From assembly GCA_965203905.1 (NCBI GenBank), contig CBDBDQ010000005.1, forward strand, positions 7,520,001-7,584,000: a stretch of 64,000 nucleotides of DNA. The letters are read 5' to 3'. Under the pieces are notes generated by a model. That model was not told the DNA's origin. It worked only from the letters and a program-made list of their open reading frames with translations, and made no database searches. Position numbers and translations under genes: made by a program. Of the stretch, positions 26,946 through 37,143 are shown in pieces. Every line of letters begins with the position of its first letter. Positions within the stretch are counted from its first letter, which is position 1. The DNA is from Spirochaetia bacterium. Lineage in GTDB: Bacteria > Spirochaetota > Spirochaetia > SZUA-6 > Bin103.

Positions 26946-27164
26946 CTACATTCCGCGAATGCGTCCGACCGCGTGCAACTCGCGGGTGTTCTTGTCTTCT
27001 TCCACTATCCCCAACGACCTGCCCTTGATCGTTTCCTGCTCGACCAACGCGAGCACTGCCAGCGCGCGGCGCACCGCCTCTGCCCTGCTGACCCGGTTCC
27101 TCGCCGCGAAGTTCGTCAATACCTCATCGAAGCTGTCCGACAGTTCCAAGGTCATACGGCGCAT
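26946..27164 (-). CDS. Ribbon-helix-helix (CopG-like) protein
   Basis: MRRMTLELSD..L...A....VSRAEAVRRAL. RBS GGGAGG. Confidence 0.72.
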   Translation of the reverse strand: MRRMTLELSDSFDEVLTNFAARNRVSRAEAVRRALAVLALVEQETIKGRSLGIVEEDKNTRELHAVGRIRGM

Positions 27165-27352
27165 GGCAACACCTCCCAATAGAGCACCCCGAGAGCGACA
27201 CTCCAACATGCTACAGGAGTGCCGCTGCGACCGTCAAAATCCGTGTGCCTGCCGTCAACTGCGTTACCCCGGCCTACCGGCGCAGCGGATGCCGTGGGCA
27301 ATGCCGCGCCTCAACGGCGCCGTCCTGCGCGCGGCCGCCGCCTACGATGACA

Positions 27353-27760
27353 TCACTGCGCGTCGGCGGGCGTGACTCTGACTACCGCCAATCCGGAGAC
27401 GCTCTCGAAATGGCCGTCGCCGGTGAGCAGCGAGGCGCCGCACTCCATGGTATGCGCCGCAATCCAGACGTCGTTCACCGGAATCGGCGTGCCGGCCCGC
27501 CGCAGCTCCGCGGCGATACGACCGAAGCAGTCGGCGGTCTCGATAGTCGCCGGATGAAACTCGACGAACGGACTGGCGAGAAACTCATCCAGTTGAGCCC
27601 GGTTCTTCTGGAAGCGGGAACCATGGCGAAAGCCGTACAGGAGTTCCGCAACCGTCGCCGCTGGTAGCAGAATCCGTTGCGCGTCGCGGACTCTCGCTCT
27701 GACCTCGGCGGCGCCGCGCATGTACGCACTGTACATGTTGGTGTCGAGCACGAGTGTCAA
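27353..27760 (-). CDS. vapC: VapC family PIN toxin
   Basis: LDTN, AELLYG, IPVNDVWIAA, LLTGDGHF. Likely TTG start at 27760. Confidence 0.9.
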   Translation of the reverse strand: MTLVLDTNMYSAYMRGAAEVRARVRDAQRILLPAATVAELLYGFRHGSRFQKNRAQLDEFLASPFVEFHPATIETADCFGRIAAELRRAGTPIPVNDVWIAAHTMECGASLLTGDGHFESVSGLAVVRVTPADAQ

Positions 27761-27779
27761 AGCGGGACCCGTCCGTCTG

Positions 27780-28043
27780 TCATTGCCAAAACGAATCGTC
27801 CGCCTTGTCGAGCTCCGCCACCGCTTCCAGCACGACACGTTCCTCCTCGGCGGACCAGGAGCCAAAGAACCGGTCGAGTGCATTGCCGACCGTCAGCGGG
27901 CGTTCGTCGGAGGCCGGCATCCCCGCTCCTTTCCTCATCAGCGCCAACGCGGCCTTGTTCAACGACGTGTCGCGGCGCTGTGCCTCGTTGCGTACGCACC
28001 GCTCCAGCTCCGGGTCGCGGAATCGAATCGTCAATTGCGTCAT
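27780..28043 (-). CDS. Antitoxin of the VapC pair (FitA-like RHH)
   Basis: MTQLTIR..D.EL..., SLNKAAL, LDRFFGSW, acidic C-terminus. Directly upstream of vapC. Confidence 0.8.
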   Translation of the reverse strand: MTQLTIRFRDPELERCVRNEAQRRDTSLNKAALALMRKGAGMPASDERPLTVGNALDRFFGSWSAEEERVVLEAVAELDKADDSFWQ

Positions 28044-28307
28044 CGGGGCAAGCTTAACGCGGTGTGCGACTCACTTCAAGGCGCAGACTGACTCGGAATG
28101 AGTCACCACGATCACTCCGAGACACGGGAGGCCATAAAAACGGCGCATGGGGCAGTGCAGGGTGGCCGCCATTCTCGGACCAGGCATCAGCGCTCAGGCA
28201 CGCCGGCGCCACACGGGCTTGACGGCAGGCGGTAGCCGTGTAGTGTATCGGTGGACATCGTTGGCGCCGGGCGGATCCCGGGAGCCACGGTTGGAGAGGA
28301 GGTCGAG

Positions 28308-30341
28308 ATGACTGAATCATTGAGAGGAGCCGCCTGGCGTGCGCTCTTCGTGGCAGCGCTCATCCTGCCGGCGGCGGTCTTTGCCGCGGGCTCGGAGGAC
28401 ACCACCGCAACGGAAGAGATGGAGGCCATGGAAACGGACGGGGCCTTCAACTACGAACACGAGTACGGCACCTACCACTGGGTCACCCCGGCGGCGTTCC
28501 AGCAGGCCACCGGCCAGACCGTGGGGGCCTTCAAGGAGGCGCCGCAGTTGGCGCAACTGGTCAGCGAGGGCAAGCTGCCGCCAGTCGAGGACCGGCTGCC
28601 GCTGGAACCGCTGGTGCTGGGGCGCGAGATCGGCACCTACGGCGGCACCCTGCACGTGGGCGGCGGCCACTTCGTCGCGTTCCAGTACGCCATGACCCCG
28701 TACAGCAACTACGGCGTCGGACTCGCGGAGCACACCTGGACCCAGGGCACCTATCCGAACCTGGTGAAAGGCTGGGACGTGGAGGAGGACGGCAGAAAGT
28801 ACACCCTGCATCTGCGCGAAGGCCTGCGCTACTCCGACGGCGAGCCGTTCACGGCCGACGACATCATGTTCTGGTGGGAGCACATCGTACCGACCAACCC
28901 CACCTTTCCCGACCTTTTCACGCGCATCATCATCTCCACCGGTCTGTACGACAACATCGTCAAGATCGACGACTACACCGTGCGCGTGGAGTACAGCAAG
29001 CCGTCCGACAACCTGTTCTGGGTGCACTTCGGCAAGGCGGTCCCCGCCCACCAGAAGAAGTACTTCAGCCAGTTCCATCCCGAGTTCCAGGACGAGGACA
29101 AGCTGGACGAGATGGTGAAGGAGGCGGGGTTCAGCAACTGGATCGAGCTCTACGAGTACAAGCTGGACATCCGCGGCAACGTCAACACCGAACGTCCCAT
29201 CCTACTGGCCTGGGCCCTGAAGCAGGTTCCGCCCGACGACTACATCCTGGAGCGCAACCCCTACTTCTGGGCGGTCGACCCGGCCGGCAACCAGCTTCCC
29301 TACCTCGATCGGATCTACGGCTTCGTAGGGCTGGAGCCGGAGGTGCGTGACCTGAAGGCGCAGGCGGGCGAGCTCGACTTCGCCGACGTGCCGATGGCCA
29401 CCTACCGGCTGATCAAGGAGAAGGAGTCGGAGGGCAAGATCCGCGGCCAGCGCATGGCCGGGGTGGCCCTGAACTCGGCCCAGCTCAGCTTCAACCTGAA
29501 CCACAAGGACCCGGCGGTGCGCGAGATCTTCATGGACAAGCGGTTCCGGTTCGCGGCCTCCCACGCGCTCAACCGCGAGCGCATCAGCGAGCTGGTGTTC
29601 CTGGGTCTGGTGCCACCGTGGCAGGTCGCCTCGCACGCCGGCAGCGACTACTACCACGAGCGGATGGCGCACTCCTACCTCGAGTACGATCCGGAAAAGA
29701 CCAAGGCGATGTTCGACGAGATCGGCCTGCCGGTCGGCGACGACGGTTTCCGCAGGCGGCTCGACGGCGAACCACTGCAGATCAACCTGCTCGCCTGGGA
29801 CAACTCGCGGGTGCAGTCGGCAAGAATCGCGGAGATGATGGCCGAGGACCTGCAGGCGGTCGGCCTGGACGTCAACCTGAAGATCATGGAGGGGGGCGTG
29901 GTCCGGCAGACCACCACCGCCAATGAGCAGGACGCCGTGGTGGTGCCCGCCGCCTGGACCACCATCGAGGGCGGCTTCTGGCTGGGCAACTCGGCTACCG
30001 CGTTCGTGCCGGTGCACACCAATGGCAGCATGCACGCCCAGTTGTGGTACGAGTGGTACGAGTCGTTCGGCGAGAAGGGCGAGCAGCCGCCGCCCGAGAT
30101 GGTGCAGGTGATGGAATGGTACCGCGAGGGCCTGGGCACGACCGACGCCGCCGAGCGCAAGGATATCTGGTTCCGCATCGTCGACGTGGCCGCCGACAAC
30201 CTGTGGGTAATCGGAACCGTGCAGCACCCGGGTTATTTCAAGGTGCTCAACACCAAGCTGGCAAATTACCCGGAAGATACCCTGCCGTGGGACCGGGGCG
30301 GCGACAAGGGGCGCCCCGAGATCTGGTTCTACCGCGAATAG
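28308..30341 (+). CDS. ABC transporter substrate-binding protein, family 5
   Basis: Signal peptide, GKLPPVEDRLP.EP, LREGLRYSDGEPFTADD, RNPYFWAVD..GNQLPYLD. RBS GGAGG. Confidence 0.92.
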   Translation: MTESLRGAAWRALFVAALILPAAVFAAGSEDTTATEEMEAMETDGAFNYEHEYGTYHWVTPAAFQQATGQTVGAFKEAPQLAQLVSEGKLPPVEDRLPLEPLVLGREIGTYGGTLHVGGGHFVAFQYAMTPYSNYGVGLAEHTWTQGTYPNLVKGWDVEEDGRKYTLHLREGLRYSDGEPFTADDIMFWWEHIVPTNPTFPDLFTRIIISTGLYDNIVKIDDYTVRVEYSKPSDNLFWVHFGKAVPAHQKKYFSQFHPEFQDEDKLDEMVKEAGFSNWIELYEYKLDIRGNVNTERPILLAWALKQVPPDDYILERNPYFWAVDPAGNQLPYLDRIYGFVGLEPEVRDLKAQAGELDFADVPMATYRLIKEKESEGKIRGQRMAGVALNSAQLSFNLNHKDPAVREIFMDKRFRFAASHALNRERISELVFLGLVPPWQVASHAGSDYYHERMAHSYLEYDPEKTKAMFDEIGLPVGDDGFRRRLDGEPLQINLLAWDNSRVQSARIAEMMAEDLQAVGLDVNLKIMEGGVVRQTTTANEQDAVVVPAAWTTIEGGFWLGNSATAFVPVHTNGSMHAQLWYEWYESFGEKGEQPPPEMVQVMEWYREGLGTTDAAERKDIWFRIVDVAADNLWVIGTVQHPGYFKVLNTKLANYPEDTLPWDRGGDKGRPEIWFYRE

Positions 30342-30387
30342 GGCAATGCGAGGGCTGACGCACCCGCGGCGAGAGCCCGGGCGCGCC

Positions 30388-30451
30388 AGCAGCCCCTGGC
30401 GGACCCCGGCGTCGCACGGCTCGAGTGCAGCCGGGGGTTCGCCACGGGCTG
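30388..30451 (+). terminator. GC-rich stem-loop between the SBP and permease genes (mRNA stabiliser or attenuator)
   Basis: CAGCCCCTGGCGGACCCCGGC...GCCGGGGGTTCGCCACGGGCTG imperfect stem. Confidence 0.5.
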
Positions 30452-30533
30452 CGAGGAAGCCCGCAAATGGGCAGCGGACGGTGCGCGCGCCGCGTGCCGC
30501 CCGCCGCTGTCCTCGCCTGGTTGTACGCCGACC

Positions 30534-31520
30534 ATGACCGAGTACCTGATTCGCCGGGTGCTGCTGATCGTCCCGGTGCTGCTGCTCATCTCGGGGCTCG
30601 CCTTCATCGTGATGGAGGCGCCGCCGGGCGACTTCGTCACCTCCTACATGATGCGGCAGGCGGAGCAGGGCGCACTGTTCGACGGCGCCGGAGTCGAGGA
30701 AGGACTGCGCGCCATGTGGGGGCTGGACAAGCCGTGGTACGTCCGCTACCTGCGCTGGCTCGGCAACCTGCTGCGCGGCAACCTGGGCTACTCGCTGTCA
30801 TGGCAGGCGCCCGTGCACGAGATCATCGCCTCGCGCTTCGTGCTCAGCATGACCGTGGCGCTGGCCGCGACCGTGCTGGTGTGGGTGATCGCGTTCCCGA
30901 TCGGGATCTACTCGGCCACCCGGCAATACTCCTTGTCCGACAACGCCGTCACCTTCGTCGGCTTCCTCGGACTGTCGATTCCCAACTTCCTGCTGGCGCT
31001 GATCATGATGTATCTCGCCAACCGCTTCCTGAACGTGTCGATCGGCGGCCTGTTCTCGCAGAAGTACGTCACCGCCGAGTGGAGCTGGGGCAAGCTGCTC
31101 GACTTCATCGGGCACCTGTGGGTGCCGATCATCGTGATCGGGGTGGCCGGCACCGCGGGTCTGATCCGGATTCTGCGCGCCAACCTGCTGGACGAGATCA
31201 GCAAGTCGTACGTGGAGATGGCGCGGGCCAAGGGGCTGCGCGAGACGGTGCTGATCATGAAGTACCCGGTGCGCATCGCCATCAACCCGTTCATCTCGTC
31301 GATCGGCTGGGTGCTGCCGGGCATGATCTCCGGCGACGTGATCGTGTCGGTGGTGCTGGGCCTGCCCACCGCCGGGCCGCTGTTCCTGCAGGCGCTGCGG
31401 CAGCAGGACATGATGCTAGCCGGCGCCTACATCATGCTGATCTCGGTGTGTACGGTGGTCGGGATCCTGCTGTCGGACATCCTGCTGGCGGTGGTGGATC
31501 CCCGCATCAGGTACCACTAG
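30534..31520 (+). CDS. ABC transporter permease, OppB/DppB type
   Basis: YLIRR, PGDF, GNLGYS, EAA loop YVEMARAKGL, DPRIRY. Confidence 0.93.
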   Translation: MTEYLIRRVLLIVPVLLLISGLAFIVMEAPPGDFVTSYMMRQAEQGALFDGAGVEEGLRAMWGLDKPWYVRYLRWLGNLLRGNLGYSLSWQAPVHEIIASRFVLSMTVALAATVLVWVIAFPIGIYSATRQYSLSDNAVTFVGFLGLSIPNFLLALIMMYLANRFLNVSIGGLFSQKYVTAEWSWGKLLDFIGHLWVPIIVIGVAGTAGLIRILRANLLDEISKSYVEMARAKGLRETVLIMKYPVRIAINPFISSIGWVLPGMISGDVIVSVVLGLPTAGPLFLQALRQQDMMLAGAYIMLISVCTVVGILLSDILLAVVDPRIRYH

Positions 31521-31531
31521 ACCGGGACCAG

Positions 31532-32644
31532 ATGGCGACCGACCTGGCGACCCACGAGGCGCTGACCGCACCGCGCCCCAGCATCCCGCAGTGGCGGCTG
31601 GTGTGGCGCAAGTTCCGCAAGAGCCGGATGGCGGTGGCCGGCGCCGTGGTCATCGTCATCTGCTACCTCATGGCCGCCTTCGCCGAGTTCTGCGCGCCCT
31701 ACGATCCGCGCTTCCGCGACATCGACCACCCGGCCACGCCTCCGATGCGGGTACGCCTGTTCGCCGACGGCCGGCTGCAGCGGCCGTTCGTGTACGGCGT
31801 GGTAAAGACGGTCAACATGGAGACTCTCACGAGGAGCTACGAGATCGACCCCGAGCGGCGCCACCCGCTGGCGCTGTTCGTGCGCGGCGACGGCTACCGG
31901 CTGTGGGACCTGTGGGAGGGTGAGCTGCACCTGTTCGGCACCGCCGACGGCGGCCGGGCGTACCTGCTCGGCACCGACCGCGACGGCCGCGACCTGCTGT
32001 CGCGTATCATCCTCGGCGCCCGCCTGTCGCTGTCGATCGGCCTGGTGGGCGTGGCGCTGAGCTTCTGCTTCGGGATCGTGCTGGGGTCGGTCTCCGGTTA
32101 TTTCGGCGGGGTGGTGGACATGGTGATCCAGCGCTTCATCGAGGTACTGACCTCGATTCCCACGCTGCCGCTGTGGATGGGCCTGAGCGCCGCCCTGCCG
32201 CTGCGCTGGCCGGTGGTGAAGGTGTTCTTCTTCATCTCGCTGATCCTGTCGCTGCTGGGCTGGCCGGAGCTGGCGCGGGTGGTGCGCGGCAAGTACCTGT
32301 CGCTGCGCGAGGAGGACTTCATCACCTCGGCGGTGCTGGACGGGGTGAAGACCCGTGGGGTGATTTTCCGCCACATGCTGCCGTCGTTCATGAGCCACAT
32401 CATCGCGGCTGCGACGCTGGCGGTGCCGAGCATGATCCTGGCGGAGACGGCGCTCAGCTTTCTCGGCATCGGACTGCGCGCGCCGGCGATAAGCTGGGGG
32501 GTGCTGCTGCAGGACGCGCAGAGCGTCGACTCGGTGGTGGCGATGCCTTGGCTGTTCACCCCGGGCCTGTTCGTGGTGGTCAGCGTGCTGGCCTTCAACT
32601 TCTTCGGCGACGGGCTGCGTGACGCCGCCGACCCCTACAAGTGA
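31532..32644 (+). CDS. ABC transporter permease, OppC/DppC type
   Basis: LGTDRDGRDLLSRI, ETALSFLGIG, FNFFGDGLRDAADP. ATG 31532. Confidence 0.93.
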   Translation: MATDLATHEALTAPRPSIPQWRLVWRKFRKSRMAVAGAVVIVICYLMAAFAEFCAPYDPRFRDIDHPATPPMRVRLFADGRLQRPFVYGVVKTVNMETLTRSYEIDPERRHPLALFVRGDGYRLWDLWEGELHLFGTADGGRAYLLGTDRDGRDLLSRIILGARLSLSIGLVGVALSFCFGIVLGSVSGYFGGVVDMVIQRFIEVLTSIPTLPLWMGLSAALPLRWPVVKVFFFISLILSLLGWPELARVVRGKYLSLREEDFITSAVLDGVKTRGVIFRHMLPSFMSHIIAAATLAVPSMILAETALSFLGIGLRAPAISWGVLLQDAQSVDSVVAMPWLFTPGLFVVVSVLAFNFFGDGLRDAADPYK

Positions 32645-33672
32645 GCGGGCACGGGGAGCACGCGGTGGACGACCGGCTGCTGGAAGTGAAGGACCTGACC
32701 ATTTCGTTCCCTACGGAAGCCGGCGTGATCCGGGCGGTGAACGAAGTGTCGTTCGAGGTGCCGCGGCGTACCACCGTCGGCGTGGTGGGCGAGAGCGGCT
32801 GCGGCAAGTCGGTCACCGCCCGCGCCCTGCTCAACATCGTGCAGCCGCCGGGGCGCATCGACGGCGGGCAGGTGCTGTTCCACGACGACGCCGCGGGCGA
32901 GCCGCTGGACCTGCTGTCGATGGCGCCGAAGGGTGCGAGCATCCGCCACTTCCGCGGCAAGCGGATCGCCATGATCTTCCAGGACCCGATGACCTGCCTG
33001 AGCCCGGTGCACACCGTGGGCAACCAGATCGCCGAGTCGATCCGCATCCACGACCGCGAGGTGGGGCCGCGCGAGGCTCGCGAGCGGGCAGTCGCGCTGC
33101 TGACCGAGGTGGGGATTCCCAACCCCGCGGGCCACCTGGACTCCTACTCGTTCGAGCTCAGCGGCGGCATGCGCCAGCGCGCGCTGATGGCGGTGGCGCT
33201 GGCCGCCGAGCCGGAGCTGCTGATCGCGGACGAGCCCACCACCGCCATCGACGTCACCATCCAGGCCAAGTTCCTGGACCTGATCCAACGCCTGCAGCAC
33301 GAACGGCACATGTCGATCCTGTTCATCACCCACGACCTGGGCGTGATCGCCGAGGTCAGCCGCGTGGTGGTGGTGATGTACCTCGGACGGGTGGTCGAGA
33401 TCGGCCGGGTGGAGGAGATCTACGAGCGGCCGCTGCACCCCTACACCCAGCTCCTGTTCCGGTCGATCCCCAACGAGCACGTGCCGCGCAAGACGCCGCT
33501 GGCGCAGATCAGGGGCGTGGTGCCCGACCCCTTCTCGCGCCCGCCCGGCTGTCCGTTCAGCGACCGCTGCCCCAGCTTCGTCCAGGGCACCTGCGACGCG
33601 GCCGTACCGCCTCTCTACCAGGTGGAAGAAGATCACCACGCACGGTGCTTCCTCTACGAGGAAGCCGGATGA
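32641..33672 (+). CDS. ABC transporter ATP-binding protein, OppD type
   Basis: [35 protein letters not shown]. Confidence 0.95.
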   Translation: MSGHGEHAVDDRLLEVKDLTISFPTEAGVIRAVNEVSFEVPRRTTVGVVGESGCGKSVTARALLNIVQPPGRIDGGQVLFHDDAAGEPLDLLSMAPKGASIRHFRGKRIAMIFQDPMTCLSPVHTVGNQIAESIRIHDREVGPREARERAVALLTEVGIPNPAGHLDSYSFELSGGMRQRALMAVALAAEPELLIADEPTTAIDVTIQAKFLDLIQRLQHERHMSILFITHDLGVIAEVSRVVVVMYLGRVVEIGRVEEIYERPLHPYTQLLFRSIPNEHVPRKTPLAQIRGVVPDPFSRPPGCPFSDRCPSFVQGTCDAAVPPLYQVEEDHHARCFLYEEAG

Positions 33673-34691
33673 CCGGCAACGCAGACGGGGCGCTGCTGGA
33701 GTTGCGGCGCCTGCGAAAGCACTTCCCGATCCAGCGCGGGGTGTTGCGGCGCACGGTGGGCTGGATTCGCGCGGTGGACGACATCAACCTGAAGGTCAAT
33801 ACCGGCGAGACCGTGGGCCTGGTCGGCGAGAGCGGCTGCGGCAAGACCACCGCCCTGCGCACCATCGTACGCGCCGTGGAGCCGACCGCGGGCGAGATCC
33901 TGTTCCGCACCAACGGCGAGATGCAATCGATCACGGCACTGGAACCGGAGGGACTGCGGGAGGTGCGGCAGCAGATACGGGTGATTTTTCAGGACCCCCA
34001 GTCGTCGCTCAATCCGCGCTTCAAGATCAGGGACATCATCGCCGAGCCGCTGAAGGCGTACGGCGTCAGCGCCAGCCGCGGCGAGATCGACGACATCGTC
34101 GTGGATACCATGGAGCGGGTCGGGCTGGACCGCGCCTACATCAACCACTACCCCTACTCGCTGAGCGGCGGCCAGCGCCAGCGGGTCGGCATCGCCCGCG
34201 CCCTGACCACGCGGCCGCGGCTGATCCTGGCCGATGAGCCCACCTCGGCGCTGGATGCCAGCGTGCAGGCGCAGATCATCAACCTGCTGCTGCGGCTGCA
34301 ACAGCAGATGAGCCTGTCGATGCTGTTCGTGACCCACGACCTGAGCGTGGTGCGCCACGTGAGCGACCGCATCGCCATCATGTACCTGGGGGAGATCGTG
34401 GAGTTGGGCGAGACCGACGAGGTGTTCCAGCGCCCCCGCCATCCTTACACCGAGGCGCTGTTCGCGGCCATCCCCAAGCCCGACCCGCGCCAGCCCAGCC
34501 GCAGGATCATCGTGGAGGGCGACATCCCCGACGCCGCGCGCCGGCCGACCGGCTGCCCCTTCCACCCCCGCTGCCGTTACGCCACCGAACTTTGCTCAGT
34601 GAAAAAACCGGCCCTGGAGCACCGCGACGGCGCCCACCCCGTCGCCTGCCACTTCCCCCTGCCCCACGACGACGCCGCCGCATCAGGTTAG
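33669..34691 (+). CDS. ABC transporter ATP-binding protein, OppF type
   Basis: GESGCGKT, LSGGQRQR, ADEPTSALD, HPYT, GCPFHPRC. ATGA overlap with oppD. Confidence 0.95.
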   Translation: MTGNADGALLELRRLRKHFPIQRGVLRRTVGWIRAVDDINLKVNTGETVGLVGESGCGKTTALRTIVRAVEPTAGEILFRTNGEMQSITALEPEGLREVRQQIRVIFQDPQSSLNPRFKIRDIIAEPLKAYGVSASRGEIDDIVVDTMERVGLDRAYINHYPYSLSGGQRQRVGIARALTTRPRLILADEPTSALDASVQAQIINLLLRLQQQMSLSMLFVTHDLSVVRHVSDRIAIMYLGEIVELGETDEVFQRPRHPYTEALFAAIPKPDPRQPSRRIIVEGDIPDAARRPTGCPFHPRCRYATELCSVKKPALEHRDGAHPVACHFPLPHDDAAASG

Positions 34692-34877
34692 AACCTACCG
34701 ATACTCCGGCGTTACGACCTTCATTGGTCACGCCACACCGGCTCGTCGGCTCATTGCCGTGCCAGCGGTGGGCGGGCGTTGTGCCCGGTCGTGCGGCAAG
34801 CCGCTCCCGGGCTCGTTGCTGAAGTGCCCAGGAGCCGAGCGCTTGCCGACCCGTGGGGGGAGGGCTAAGCTGACACG

Positions 34878-35888
34878 ATGCGGATCGCCAACCCGATGTA
34901 CGACGCCGCCTTCAAGTACCTGATGGACGACCGGGCGGCCGCACGGCTGCTGGTCGGGGCGGTGCTAGGCGAGGAAGTGGTGAGCCTGGAGGCGCTGCCG
35001 CAGGAGCGCGCCGGGCGGTCGTCGCCGGCGGCGACCGCGGGCGAGCCGCCGTCGGGGGAGATGCTGACGGTGCGGCGGGTGGACTTCGCGGCCACGGTGC
35101 GCACCGCGGCGGGCGAGCGGCTGCGGGTGCTGGTGGAGGTGCAGAAGGCGCGCTTTACCGACGAGGTGATGCGCTTCCGCGAGTACCTGGGCCGCCACTA
35201 CGCCGACCGCGACAACTACGACGAGGGCGCGGACGGACGGCGGCGGCACCGGCCGTTGCGGGCGATCTACATCCTGGGGGAGTGCCTGCCGCGCACGGCG
35301 GCGACGGTGCTGCGAGTGGCGCGGGAGTACGTGGACGGCGTAAGCGGGGAGCGGCTGAGCGAGCGGGAGGAGTTCGTGGAAGCGTTGAGCCACGACTGCT
35401 GGGTGGTGCAGGTGCCGCTGCTGGCGTCGCGGCGGCGGACGGACCTGGAGCGGCTGCTGAGCGTGTTCGACCAGGAGTTGCGGGTGCCGGGCGACCGGCA
35501 CGTGCTGGAGGTGGACGAGCGGGAGATACCGGAGGTCTACGCGCCGGTGCTGCGGCGTCTGGAGGGAGCCGTGGCGAGCGTGGAAGTGGCGGACTCGATG
35601 GCGCTGGAGGACGAGGTCGCGGAGACGTGGGGGCGGATGAAGCGGGAGAGCGCGGCGAAGGACGCCGCACTGGCCGAGAAAGATGTGGCGCTGGCCGAGA
35701 AGGACGTGGCACTGGCCGAGAAAGATGTGACGCTGGCAGAAAGGGAAGCGGCGCTGGCCGAGAGAGACGCGACGCTGGAACGAGAACGGGCGACGCTGGA
35801 GCGAGAACGGGCGGAGCGTGCCACAGCCGAGAAGCGGATCGCGGAACTTGAGCGCCGTATGGCGGAGTTCGGCGGCGATGGCGGTTGA
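34878..35888 (+). CDS. Rpn-like PD-(D/E)XK nuclease-family protein with coiled-coil repeat tail
   Basis: IANPMYDAAFKYLM, RVDF, VLVEVQK, RFREYL, C-terminal AEKDVAL heptads. Confidence 0.7.
   Translation: MRIANPMYDAAFKYLMDDRAAARLLVGAVLGEEVVSLEALPQERAGRSSPAATAGEPPSGEMLTVRRVDFAATVRTAAGERLRVLVEVQKARFTDEVMRFREYLGRHYADRDNYDEGADGRRRHRPLRAIYILGECLPRTAATVLRVAREYVDGVSGERLSEREEFVEALSHDCWVVQVPLLASRRRTDLERLLSVFDQELRVPGDRHVLEVDEREIPEVYAPVLRRLEGAVASVEVADSMALEDEVAETWGRMKRESAAKDAALAEKDVALAEKDVALAEKDVTLAEREAALAERDATLERERATLERERAERATAEKRIAELERRMAEFGGDGG
35655..35820 (+). repeat. Degenerate 21-bp tandem repeats (about 7-8 units) encoding heptads
   Basis: CTGGCCGAGAARGAYGTGGCR units grading into CTGGARCGAGAACGGGCGACG. 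Confidence 0.85.
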
Positions 35889-35950
35889 CGGCGCGCGACG
35901 ACCGCATTCAACACGAGGTTCAGCGTTGAACTCCGCTCGTTGTACCGAGG

Positions 35951-36016
35951 GGTCTACACGCACACGGTTCGCTTCCGCGCCAGCGGAGCGCCGGCTTCGC
36001 TGCCGGATGCGCGGCC
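35951..36016 (-). pseudogene. Remnant of a PhyH dioxygenase C-terminus
   Basis: AAHPAAKPALRWRGSEP matches AAQPAAKPAHRWRGTEP at 49491-49553. Confidence 0.6.
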
Positions 36017-36062
36017 TTGCTATTTAGTGAACGTGGGGCCTCCGGCTGCCGCGCCGGCGTGC

Positions 36063-36588
36063 TCACTCTTGCTCGGGGTCGATGCCTGACCGTCGCAGCA
36101 GGGCCGCCAAGCGTTCGGCGCGCCGACGCTCCTCCACCAGCAACTGCTCCACGTGCTCGGCACGCCGACGCTGTTCCCGTCCCGTCGGAATCAACACGCC
36201 ATGCTCGTCCACCCAGCGCAGCCACCGGTGGCGGACCGCCTCGAACACGCCATCCCACAGCGTCAGCCCCAACCGCAACTCGGGAAACCACGGCGACTGC
36301 TGCTCGTAGCTCCCTGCGCTCAACCGGTAAGTGCGCAGGTCGTCGTCCATCACCTGATGCAGCGGATCGTGGATCACGTAGTACCCGACTCCCATCGCCG
36401 CGTACCGCTGCCGCTTGCGGCCCACCTCGTTGCCTTTCTGGTTCGAGACGATCTCCACCACCAGGTCCGGCGGCTTGCCGAACTCCCACACGAAGTACGA
36501 CCGGTGCACCTTGTCCCAGAAGTTCTCGTGCACCTGCACGTCCAGGCTCACGAACACGTCCGGCACGATTGCCGGGTTGCGCGGCGCC
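36063..36588 (-). pseudogene. 5'-truncated Uma2-family endonuclease (near-identical copy of 48589-49090)
   Basis: PDVFVSL, WEFGKPPDLVVEIVS. Identity to the second copy stops at about 36585. Confidence 0.88.
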
Positions 36589-37068
36589 GGGGACTATTAT
36601 CAATTGGCTGTTGCCTACTGGGCGGAGATTGGCGTTGACGTCGAGATTGACACCATGGAGGTCGCCGTCCTGAGGGCAAACATCAACAATCATACGCACC
36701 AAGGGATCACCCAGTCGATGAGAGGCGTCGTCTGGTCGCCGCTTGAGGCCATCAGGATAGTAGGCCATTCGGACGCCATCTGGAATGCCGCCGGACTCCA
36801 GGATCCTGTCTATGATGCCATGGTTGAAGCCGCCGAAAACGCCGGCAGCACCGAGGAAATGATGGAACTGGTGGCGAAGGCGGATATGTACTACAGCGAG
36901 CTGCAGATTGCGACCTGGGCCCCGACGCGGCCAGCGTTGGTCTTCTGGCAGCCGTGGCTGGCGGGTTACAACGGGGAAGTTTCCATGGGAGGCGGAATGC
37001 ATTATGTCCACCTCTCGCGCCTCTGGCTCGACACAGACCTCAGGGAAGAGATGACCGGGACGAGATAA
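36589..37068 (+). pseudogene. C-terminal fragment of an ABC substrate-binding protein
   Basis: AYWAEIGVDVEID...QDPVYDAMVEAA...WQPWLAGYNGE...RLWLD parallels the C-terminus of 44023-45840. No N-terminus. Confidence 0.85.
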
Positions 37069-37143
37069 GCACACCAGGTGGGGCCCCACCCGGGCCCCCA
37101 CCCACCTGCCCACCCCCGCTCGCCGCTCGCTGAGGAGACCGCC

